NCBI GenBank assembly: GCA_965217605.1
Contig: CBDCJB010000017.1
Location: 142,677-206,676, forward strand
Direction of reading: 5' to 3'
DNA length: 64,000 nt
Source of the DNA: Gammaproteobacteria bacterium
Lineage (GTDB): Bacteria > Pseudomonadota > Gammaproteobacteria > Ga0077536
Shown here in pieces: positions 9,438 to 17,370 of this stretch. The notes beneath the pieces are model-generated. The model did no database searches, was not told the DNA's origin, and was given only the letters and a program-made list of their open reading frames with translations. The position numbers were made by a program, and so were the translations under genes. The stretch's first letter is position 1, and every line of letters starts with the position of its first letter.

Positions 9438-10694
9438 ATGGATAATTCCGAGATAGGTTCCAACTACACGACCCGCGCATTACCTGACATCGAGTTGACC
9501 GGTCACCTTCGCGGAATTCTCGATCAACTCGAGGAATCCGCTGCCGATCTCGAATCCTGCCTCTCCCTCCCGCCCGAGGTGTATACCTCCGAAGCGTGGT
9601 TCGAGTTCGAAAAGCGGGCGGTGTGGGATCGAGAATGGATCTGCGTCGCACATGTCGGACATATTCCCGAGGCCGGCGACTACACCTCGATCACCGTCAA
9701 TGACGATCCACTGCTGGTATTACGCGATTCCGATGGCGAGGTACGGGTGATGTCCGCGGTCTGCCAACATCGCGGCCACGTCCTCGGCGAGGTCAGCGGC
9801 AATGCACGGGGCTTTACCTGCCCCTTTCACGGCTGGTCTTACGACCTTACCGGTAGACTCGTGAGCGCGCCCGAGATGAAGGCCCATGCATCGATGGATG
9901 AACTGCGGAAAACGTACTGTCTGCCAAACCTGCGCGTCGAGATCTGGAACGGATTCATCTTCGTCAACATGGGCGGCGATGCGACGCCGCTCGGCCCCAG
10001 ACTGAAGCGGCTGTCGGAGGAAATTGAAAATCATCATCTGGGGGAGATGGGCGCGACACCCACGATGGACTGGACCGGCAATCCGTGGAATTGGAAATTC
10101 ATGCACGAAAACGCGATCGAGCCCCACCACACCGGATACCTGCATAAGGGGCCGCACGATTTCGCCCCGCCGCACTTGGCAAGCTTCGTCGAATGGGATG
10201 GGAACGACGACGGCGCCGTGTTTCATCCGACCGGGTTCTTGACGCGGGACGCCAACTTTACCGCCGAGTTTCGCTGTCTGTTCCCGATCATTGAGACCCT
10301 GACCGATGCGGAGCGGCAGCGGGTCATGTTCGCCTGCGTGCTGCCGAACCTGTTCTTCGGCTGCGTTCCGGACGGCTGCTTTTATTACTTGATCCTGCCG
10401 GAAGGTGCGAACGCGATCACCATTCGCGTCGGACTCCTGTACCCGCATGCGACGCTCGGCATGGATGATTTCGAAGCCACGCTCAAATCCGTGATCGACG
10501 GCATATCCATCTACAACGATCAGGATACGGTCGCCAACACTGCGGTCCACAAAGGTCTCAAATCACGTTTCGCCAATCGCGGACGCTACGCGCCGAAGGA
10601 AGCGACCCTACCGCAGATGAACCGTTGGTTGGTGAAGCGCTACAAGGCCTATGCGGGGGATCTCACGGTGAGCGCAGGCGCGGATGCGCGATGA
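9438..10694 (+). CDS. Rieske aromatic-ring-hydroxylating oxygenase alpha subunit (second copy)
   Basis: Rieske motif CQHRG...CPFHGW. The track ORF starts at 9384 inside the previous gene, so an ATG at 9438 (MDNSEIG) was preferred. Stop TGA overlaps the next gene's ATG (ATGA at 10691-10694). Confidence 0.8.
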   Translation: MDNSEIGSNYTTRALPDIELTGHLRGILDQLEESAADLESCLSLPPEVYTSEAWFEFEKRAVWDREWICVAHVGHIPEAGDYTSITVNDDPLLVLRDSDGEVRVMSAVCQHRGHVLGEVSGNARGFTCPFHGWSYDLTGRLVSAPEMKAHASMDELRKTYCLPNLRVEIWNGFIFVNMGGDATPLGPRLKRLSEEIENHHLGEMGATPTMDWTGNPWNWKFMHENAIEPHHTGYLHKGPHDFAPPHLASFVEWDGNDDGAVFHPTGFLTRDANFTAEFRCLFPIIETLTDAERQRVMFACVLPNLFFGCVPDGCFYYLILPEGANAITIRVGLLYPHATLGMDDFEATLKSVIDGISIYNDQDTVANTAVHKGLKSRFANRGRYAPKEATLPQMNRWLVKRYKAYAGDLTVSAGADAR

Positions 10695-11434
10695 ACCGCG
10701 GCGAACTCGAAGAACTCAGGGATCGTATCGAGCATCTCGAAGCACGGGTGCTGGACGCGGAAGACCGCGAGGCGATCAAAACGTTGATCGTCGATTACGC
10801 GCGTGCCTGTGATCAGGGCAACGACCCGACGCTCCTAGCCCCACTGTTTACCGAGGATGCAGTGTGGGAATGCGAGGGATTCGGTAGCTACAAGGGTAGG
10901 GCGCGACTGTGTGCCGCGTTGAAAGGGATCGCCGGTGAGAAGATCTGGTGGTCGCTGCATTACATGATCTCGCCGAAGATCGAAATCGACGTTGGAAACG
11001 CCAGCGCGACGGTTTTCTGGTATCTGTGGGAATCCGCGACGATACCGGACGGCGTCACCGACCAACCCGAACCCCACTGGGTCGGCGCCACCTACGATGC
11101 GATCGCCGTCAAGGAGGCCGGGCGGTGGCACTTTCAGTCGATGCAGCTAAAACCCAATATGGTCAGTCCCTGTGCGGAGGGTTGGGTCGAGCGCCCCTTT
11201 CCAGCGGGTAGCGCGAAGGCGCCCTATTTTTCGAGACCGGAACCGGGCGCCTATTTATGGTGCGCGTGCGGCCGTTCAAAAAATCAACCCTATTGCGACA
11301 ATTCGCACAAAGGCCCGGCCATTAAACCGCTGAGATTCACGGTTGATTCAGACACGCTCCTGGCGCTGTGCGGATGCAAGCGCACCAATACCCCCCCGTA
11401 TTGCGATGGCACGCACTTGAACCTCGAATTGTAG
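10691..11434 (+). CDS. NTF2/SnoaL-like (RHO beta-subunit-like) domain fused to two CDGSH-type iron-sulfur domains
   Basis: N-terminal ~165 aa have an NTF2-like pattern (IVDYARACDQGN...FTEDAVWECEGFGSYKGRA...WHF). The C-terminus has two CDGSH motifs (CACGRSKNQPYCDNSHKG and CGCKRTNTPPYCDGTHL). The ATG overlaps the stop of the upstream Rieske alpha. Confidence 0.65.
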   Translation: MNRGELEELRDRIEHLEARVLDAEDREAIKTLIVDYARACDQGNDPTLLAPLFTEDAVWECEGFGSYKGRARLCAALKGIAGEKIWWSLHYMISPKIEIDVGNASATVFWYLWESATIPDGVTDQPEPHWVGATYDAIAVKEAGRWHFQSMQLKPNMVSPCAEGWVERPFPAGSAKAPYFSRPEPGAYLWCACGRSKNQPYCDNSHKGPAIKPLRFTVDSDTLLALCGCKRTNTPPYCDGTHLNLEL

Positions 11435-11498
11435 GCACCCGCCCGCAGGCGAACCATGCCATAAAGAAACGCCATCGGTTGCCGCTAAAGCTGAACCG

Positions 11499-11849
11499 AT
11501 GCCATTATCAAGCCTGATAAACGCGTTCTTCATCATCGCCACCATGGCACTGGTTTGGCCGCAAGCGCACGCGGTCGACGATGATGTACCAATATCAGAC
11601 TCGGCGAGCACGAAATTAGACGATGTATTCGTCCGCAATTCCGAATTCGTACGGGCACCGAGAGTTGATTTGTACGAGGCGACACGCGGAGCCGAAATCG
11701 CGCTTAAAAAACGGGAAACGCCGCGGCAGCGAACGCTCGAGGTCAAGTCCGCTGAACGCAATGCAGGCGGTCGCGTGACATCAGCGAGTAGCCTGGATGA
11801 AGCGCAGCGGAATCCGAGGGCAACATTTAACGTACGCCTCGCGCCTTAA
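11499..11849 (+). CDS. small secreted hypothetical protein
   Basis: 116 aa. N-terminal signal-peptide-like segment (LINAFFIIATMALVWPQAHA↓VDDD). No recognisable domain. Confidence 0.3.
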   Translation: MPLSSLINAFFIIATMALVWPQAHAVDDDVPISDSASTKLDDVFVRNSEFVRAPRVDLYEATRGAEIALKKRETPRQRTLEVKSAERNAGGRVTSASSLDEAQRNPRATFNVRLAP

Positions 11850-11878
11850 TCTGCGCGAAAACCTCTCCCCGCTGTCTA

Positions 11879-14356
11879 CTATTCGCCGGGCGGTGAAGAC
11901 AAACACGCCTGAATGCGTTCGGCCAGCTCGCCGACGTGCGGCTCTCGAAACAGCTCGCGATGATCCGTTCCGCTGAGCACCTCCACGCGGACATCGTGCG
12001 CGTATGTTCCCCATCCGAGAGCCCGGTCGCGCACCTGCCAGTACGGTTGCTTGCGCAAACGAAACACGGTCAGCTCGCCGTTGAACTTCGCGATTTCCCG
12101 CTTTGCGCTGGCGTATTGCACGTCTTGCTCCCAATGAGTCATCACCCCGTCAGCCGGTCGTCCGGAAATCACATCCGCAATCCAATGTCGCGCCGTCGCC
12201 AATCGGCGTGATCCTATTCGATGCAAGTTCGAGAGCAGCTTGCGCGCGGGAAGGCGTGCGAGCGATGCGGTACGACGGCCGTAATACAGCAACATGTTCC
12301 TTACTATGCGAATGTAAAACAGCCGTGAGACGGTATATTGCGCCGATGTGTCGACGATGCCGACCAACCCCACTGTTCGATCCTGCTCATAAAGTTGCTT
12401 GGCCATTTCGAACGCCAAGTGCGCGCCGGAGCACATGCCAACCAAATTCAAGGGCCCGCCGGTTTGTACGGTTTTGATCGCTGCGATGCACTTGCTCGCA
12501 AGGCTCGGGAACATGGACGCGTCCAATCTATTGAGATCCTGCTCGGCTACCGGTGGTTGCAATAGGTAAACCGGTTGCTCGGGATCGAGGTGGCGCGACA
12601 GCACAGCGTACCCGACTGCGTTAACCTCCGGCGCTGCGACGCAGAATAACGGGGGCTTTGCACCGTCTGGCTGAATGGCATTGACGATATCCTGATCAAC
12701 CGGCCAGCTTTGTTCCCAAAGCGCGCGCGCCATCTGCTCGACGGTCGGTATTCGGAACAGACCGAGCAACGGGATTGTCGCACCGGTGATCGATTCTAGC
12801 CGTGTGTGGAGTCCGGCAGCGTGGATCGAGTTTCCACCGATACGGAAGAAGTCGTCATCGGTGGCGAAGCGATCGATATCCAACACCCGCCGCCACTCGG
12901 CAATCAGCAGATCTTCCAATTCCGCGATTTCGATTCCCTGTTCGTGTCTCCGATCCCAGCTCGCGCTGGATCGGTCGTCGACTGTAGCGTTCTTGGAGTC
13001 GGCAGGTCTCGATGCCGTGTGAACGCCGGTTTTCGAGCGCAGGTCGGCTAAGGTGCCTAAGCGACAGTGCGGATCGGCGCCGACGATGCTCGTCACAATG
13101 CCAACGAAGCGTTCGAGCATTCGCTCGGTGTCGGTGAGGATGCGCGAGCGGGGCCCGGGGTAAGCGTGCAATGTTAGCTGAGGATCGGAATTGGAGATCG
13201 TCAAGGTCAGGGGATAGGTGGTAGACACCCAGCCTGTCGGCCCCCGAAGCTTCAAACCGTGCGGTTCGCGCGGTTCGTCCGCCGTAATGGACACCAACAG
13301 AGTATCGAATAATTGCTCGGTCGGACCGAGCTCGCTCCATGCATGAATCGCGGCGATTGAGACGTAATTGTATGGGGTCCGTTCTTGATGCGCGGCTTGA
13401 ATGTCGCGCAGCCACCGAACGAGTTCACTGTCGCCTTCGAGTCGCACCCTGACGGGCAGATTGTTGATGAAGGTGCCGATGATGGCGTCGACGCCCGCCA
13501 GATCGACGGGCCGCCCCGACACCGTGGCGCCGAATACTACATCTGCGCGACCCGAAAAGTGGTTGAGGAGCAGGGCCCAGGCGCCCTGGATGACGGTGCT
13601 CACGGTCAATCCATGCTGTCGCGCGAACGTGCGCAATGCCCGCGTCTCGTCGACCGACAATTCGATCGGGCAGCCAGAAGGTTCCGTATGTGTTTGCCCA
13701 CCATTGGGGGATTCCGCCGCAGCGGTAACCGGAGTCGGGATCGTGAACCCCTTCAATGCCGCGCACCAATAGCGTTCGGCCTTCGATCGGTCCTGGCCTT
13801 GAATCCAATTGATATAGTCTCGAAATCCTCGCACCTGCTCCATACTTACGGGATCCGGTTCCGTGGCAGAGGTATAGAAGGTGAATGCTTCCTGCCAGAA
13901 TATCCCGAGGCACCAGCGGTCCATTAACAAATGGTGGCAACTGCAGACGAGATAGTGGCTATCGGGCGCGAGCCGCATCAGGGTGAACCGCAACAGCGGC
14001 ACCTTCGTCAGCGTAAATCCGAGATGCCGATCAGCACGCCGAAACGCCTCCACACCGGCGAGTTGCTCCGCCGGCGACCGGTCGCTCCAATCCAAGAATT
14101 CGAACGGCACGTCTACTACACGGCGCACGACCTGCAGCGGCTGTTTGAGGTTTTCCCAAACGAATGCGGTCCTGGCAATCGGATGCCGGGCGATCACCTG
14201 TTGTATGGCTGAGCGCAGCCTCGAAGGGTCGAGCTGCCCGTGTATTTCATAGCAGAACTGGTTGAACAGCACGTCATCGCGCGGCGCCGAAACGGCGTGC
14301 AACAGCATGACCTCCTGCATCGGAGAGAGTGGGTACACGTCTTCGACGTTTTTCAT
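11879..14356 (-). CDS. NRPS termination module C-T-TE (no adenylation domain)
   Basis: 825 aa. C domain (LSPMQEVMLLH ... SCHHLLMDRWCLG). PCP (DDFFRIGGNSIHA). Thioesterase (GMCSGAHLAFEMA, GxSxG). No A-domain core motifs between C and T. Confidence 0.85.
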   Translation of the reverse strand: MKNVEDVYPLSPMQEVMLLHAVSAPRDDVLFNQFCYEIHGQLDPSRLRSAIQQVIARHPIARTAFVWENLKQPLQVVRRVVDVPFEFLDWSDRSPAEQLAGVEAFRRADRHLGFTLTKVPLLRFTLMRLAPDSHYLVCSCHHLLMDRWCLGIFWQEAFTFYTSATEPDPVSMEQVRGFRDYINWIQGQDRSKAERYWCAALKGFTIPTPVTAAAESPNGGQTHTEPSGCPIELSVDETRALRTFARQHGLTVSTVIQGAWALLLNHFSGRADVVFGATVSGRPVDLAGVDAIIGTFINNLPVRVRLEGDSELVRWLRDIQAAHQERTPYNYVSIAAIHAWSELGPTEQLFDTLLVSITADEPREPHGLKLRGPTGWVSTTYPLTLTISNSDPQLTLHAYPGPRSRILTDTERMLERFVGIVTSIVGADPHCRLGTLADLRSKTGVHTASRPADSKNATVDDRSSASWDRRHEQGIEIAELEDLLIAEWRRVLDIDRFATDDDFFRIGGNSIHAAGLHTRLESITGATIPLLGLFRIPTVEQMARALWEQSWPVDQDIVNAIQPDGAKPPLFCVAAPEVNAVGYAVLSRHLDPEQPVYLLQPPVAEQDLNRLDASMFPSLASKCIAAIKTVQTGGPLNLVGMCSGAHLAFEMAKQLYEQDRTVGLVGIVDTSAQYTVSRLFYIRIVRNMLLYYGRRTASLARLPARKLLSNLHRIGSRRLATARHWIADVISGRPADGVMTHWEQDVQYASAKREIAKFNGELTVFRLRKQPYWQVRDRALGWGTYAHDVRVEVLSGTDHRELFREPHVGELAERIQACLSSPPGE

Positions 14357-14420
14357 TTGCGCGCGCTTGGCATCAAGCTCAGAGGAACAACGGTTACCTG
14401 GACGTCAACCTGCGCCGGGA

Positions 14421-14768
14421 CTAACCATCGTCGAGGTCGCCGATTACGCGACTGAGACGGTCCAACTCCTCGTCGTCGAGCCCCGCGAGCGGAAAGTCCG
14501 ATGGCGTGAACCCGCCCGCATCCGGAGACTGACAATGATCGATTAGAACCTTAAGCGCCTGCATAAATTCACCAGCAACGCGCGCGATCGTGGCCTCGGT
14601 GTGAAGCCGCGACCCATAAGTCCAACCTACCCGAAGGGTCCCTTCGGCGATCAGTGCGGTTACCTTCAGTGCGCATCCGCGCAGCGCTCCGGGGTCGGAC
14701 GTGAAGTTGCCCGGCTCATAGAGCGGTCTGAAGATCGAAGAATCGGTAACGGACTGGTCCTTCCCCAA
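14421..14768 (-). CDS. C-terminal fragment of an NRPS E/C-like domain (frame-shifted continuation of 14716..16455)
   Basis: 115 aa ending ...GGFTPSDFPLAGLDDEELDRLSRVIGDLDDG. This is the same C-terminal signature as the end of the 1899-aa NRPS. It overlaps the previous ORF in a different frame. Confidence 0.5.
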   Translation of the reverse strand: MGKDQSVTDSSIFRPLYEPGNFTSDPGALRGCALKVTALIAEGTLRVGWTYGSRLHTEATIARVAGEFMQALKVLIDHCQSPDAGGFTPSDFPLAGLDDEELDRLSRVIGDLDDG

Positions 14769-16455
14769 GGCACTCGAAATTAATCTCCACGAGGTGTGCG
14801 GCCTGGAGTTCTTCGACTACAGTTTCATCGGCGTTCAAGTAGCGAAGCATCCCATAGCCCATTCCGGCCCCGGGAACCTGGCGAAGCTGTTCCTTAACGG
14901 CCTTCAGACATGCCCCCGGTTCCGGAGATCCTCCGGGATCCAGCGTCACTGGAAAGAACGCGGTAAAACACCCGACGGTGCGAGACAGGTCGACATTGTC
15001 GAACATCCCCTCACGACCGTGGCGCTCGATCCCGAGCGACACAGCGCGGGTCCCCATCCAGCCGCCCAAGGCCTGTACGAGCGCTGTCAGCACGACGTCG
15101 TCGATAACCGTCTGATACACCGCCGGCACGTCATGAAGCAACTGCCGCGTGTCCTCGGCACTGAGTTCGACCGTTAAGGTGCGCGCTGAACCCACGGTAT
15201 GTGCTGCCGCGCCCCCCTCGAGCTCCACCGGCACGCGGGCGCGTGAACCCGGCCGACGCCAGTAAGCGAGTTCCGGATAGGCGCGATCGGCATGAGCGTA
15301 TTCGTAAACACGCTCCGAGAACACCTTGAACGAGGTCGTTTTCGCCGGCAGCTCGACCGTCTCCCCGCGGCGCAGTTGCCGATAGGCGATCTCGAGGTCT
15401 TCGAGCAGGATCCGCCACGACACGCGGTCCACGGCCAGTTCGTGCACCATCAGCAGAATCCGGGGCGGGCGCGAGGCGCCGAACCGTATGATGGCCCCCG
15501 CCACGATCGCCCCCCGGCCGTAATCGAAACGCTGCCGCATCCGTGTCGCGATCGATTCTTGTTCTTGTGCCAGCGCTGCCTGGGAGATCGCAGAGAGATC
15601 GACTTCTGCGACGGAGACCTCCAATTCCGATGTGGCGACGTGTTGGCGCCATTGGGCGTCTTCGCGCTCGAAACAAAGACGCAGGGCGTCGTGATGTGCC
15701 ACCAGATAGCGCACCGCCTTTTCCAAGGTCGCCGTGCGCAGATCGATTGGCGCTTCCAGCAGAACGGACTGGCCCCAGTCTGCCGGGTTCTCGGCACCGA
15801 GCTCGAAGAAGCGATTTTGGATCGGTGTGAGCGGGACCGCCCCCGTCACCCCCCCTTGCTCCGATTGCGGTTCGCGATCCTCGTCCAACAACGCCGCCAG
15901 CTGGGCGATGGTGGGATTGTCGAAGAACTGCTCCGGCGTGATTCGGATCCCCGCTTGGATCGCCTTGGAGATGATCCTGATGCTCAAGAGCGAATCACCA
16001 CCCATTTCAAAGAAATCGTCGCGGATACCGACCGCATCGAATCCGAGAACCTCGGCCCAGATGTCGGCCAGGGTCTGCTCGACCGGCGTGCGCGGGGCGA
16101 CGAATGCATCTTCCGGCGCCTGGGTCTGCTCGCCGGGGTCGGGGAGGGCATTGCGGTCGATTTTTCCGTTCGGCATCAACGGCAATGCGTCCAGGAACAC
16201 GAATGCCGACGGCACCATGTAATCCGGCAGGCGTGCTTCCAGGAAGCCGCGTAATTCCGAAGCGTCAGTCGGCCGGTTCCCGTCGATCACCGCATAAGCC
16301 ACCAGCCGGCTATGACCCCCGACCGGCGTCGCCGGCCCGTCGGCGGATGCCCCGCTTGCTTCGTCATCCAAGCGCTGCTGGAGCCGACGCGAGAGGAACT
16401 CGAGCTTGTCGGGAGAGAGGTTTCGCACCCGGGTATAAAGATCACTCATTGCCAT
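14716..16455 (-). CDS. NRPS fragment: A9-A10 of adenylation domain, PCP, and N-terminal part of a degenerate epimerization-like domain
   Basis: RLVAYAV...LPDYMVPSAFVFLDALPLMPNGKIDR (A9/A10). DDFFEMGGDSLLSIRI (PCP). Then VHELAVDRVSWRILLEDLEIAY, an E2-like motif with the second His replaced. Confidence 0.7.
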   Translation of the reverse strand: MAMSDLYTRVRNLSPDKLEFLSRRLQQRLDDEASGASADGPATPVGGHSRLVAYAVIDGNRPTDASELRGFLEARLPDYMVPSAFVFLDALPLMPNGKIDRNALPDPGEQTQAPEDAFVAPRTPVEQTLADIWAEVLGFDAVGIRDDFFEMGGDSLLSIRIISKAIQAGIRITPEQFFDNPTIAQLAALLDEDREPQSEQGGVTGAVPLTPIQNRFFELGAENPADWGQSVLLEAPIDLRTATLEKAVRYLVAHHDALRLCFEREDAQWRQHVATSELEVSVAEVDLSAISQAALAQEQESIATRMRQRFDYGRGAIVAGAIIRFGASRPPRILLMVHELAVDRVSWRILLEDLEIAYRQLRRGETVELPAKTTSFKVFSERVYEYAHADRAYPELAYWRRPGSRARVPVELEGGAAAHTVGSARTLTVELSAEDTRQLLHDVPAVYQTVIDDVVLTALVQALGGWMGTRAVSLGIERHGREGMFDNVDLSRTVGCFTAFFPVTLDPGGSPEPGACLKAVKEQLRQVPGAGMGYGMLRYLNADETVVEELQAAHLVEINFECLGEGPVRYRFFDLQTAL

Positions 16456-16513
16456 TGCGAGGACCTCCTTGTACTCGATTCCGTGCCCGACTGTGTTCTC
16501 ATGCGGCGGCTTC

Positions 16514-17305
16514 CTACTTTACCGCGCGGACCACGACCATCGAGTTCGCCCACCACGCGTCCTTTACGTCATGCGGGAGGTTCAGAGAATCGATTACTCG
16601 CAGTTCGATCGAGTCGAAATACTTGAACAACAAGCGCTGATGGCCTCGGCTCAAGGAATCGATCTCATTCGTCAGGTAGGTGAATGCACCGCCTACACGT
16701 GTGTGTGCCGCCGCCGTCGGCATGAAATGCTCGGCGAACGTCGTGCTGTCTGCAACGTGTTCCAAACGTTCGGACTCGTTGAGCGGATAAGTGTGGAAGA
16801 ACACGCCATCGTAGACGTCGAGTTGCCCGATAACATCCTGCCAGCGACCGTGGATCAAGCGGATGTCCGCGTCGGGATAGCCGTTCCGCCATGCGTGAAA
16901 GCGCTCCACGATCGAATCGTTGCATTCGATGATGGTGTGCGAATTGACCCCCTGCGCCTGGATATATGCAGACGAGACGCCGAGCCCGAACCCGACTTCC
17001 AGGACGTCTCCGTGGGACGCCGTAACGGCCTCAGCCATGGCATTCATCAACGGTCGCTGCCAGCTCTCCATGATCTCCTCGTCCGCGAGCTTCGCTTGGG
17101 TACGATCTTCGAGCGGCTGTGCGTCGGCCCCCGGTACCAAGTCACGCGAGATCTCGTCGAGTTGTGCAAGATCGTCGACGAACTCGTTGAGCGCGCGATT
17201 GAGCAGCCAATTCTTTTGTGCATCGCGTGGCGGGTGAATGAACGCTGCATTCTTGATCTGGAGTGAGACGTCAAAGTCTCGCAGTCGCTTGAATCTCTTC
17301 GTCAT
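16514..17305 (-). CDS. class I SAM-dependent methyltransferase domain, apparently the insert of an interrupted NRPS A domain
   Basis: 263 aa. SAM motif I VLEVGFGLGVSS. Lies between an ORF carrying A1-A8 and an ORF carrying A9-A10, in a different frame from both. Confidence 0.65.
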   Translation of the reverse strand: MTKRFKRLRDFDVSLQIKNAAFIHPPRDAQKNWLLNRALNEFVDDLAQLDEISRDLVPGADAQPLEDRTQAKLADEEIMESWQRPLMNAMAEAVTASHGDVLEVGFGLGVSSAYIQAQGVNSHTIIECNDSIVERFHAWRNGYPDADIRLIHGRWQDVIGQLDVYDGVFFHTYPLNESERLEHVADSTTFAEHFMPTAAAHTRVGGAFTYLTNEIDSLSRGHQRLLFKYFDSIELRVIDSLNLPHDVKDAWWANSMVVVRAVK

Positions 17306-17370
17306 TGCTGCGTCCTCAGAAAACCGCCTAAACAGATGCGCTGGTCTCGTGCCATCGCGCCGAATCCGAT

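Noticed and set aside
9720-10550. 276-aa minus-strand ORF antisense to the second Rieske alpha subunit
   Set aside because: Same reasoning. It is an antisense frame of a high-GC coding region.
11434-11500. Sequence ACCCGCCCGCAGGCGAACC downstream of the CDGSH-fusion gene resembling the REP core
   Set aside because: Only partial similarity to GCCCGCAAGCGGGC, and it forms no clean hairpin, so it was not counted as a third copy.
15292-16254. 320-aa plus-strand ORF inside the NRPS region
   Set aside because: Antisense to NRPS domains with clear PCP/E-like motifs, and its composition is Arg/Gln/Asp-rich junk.
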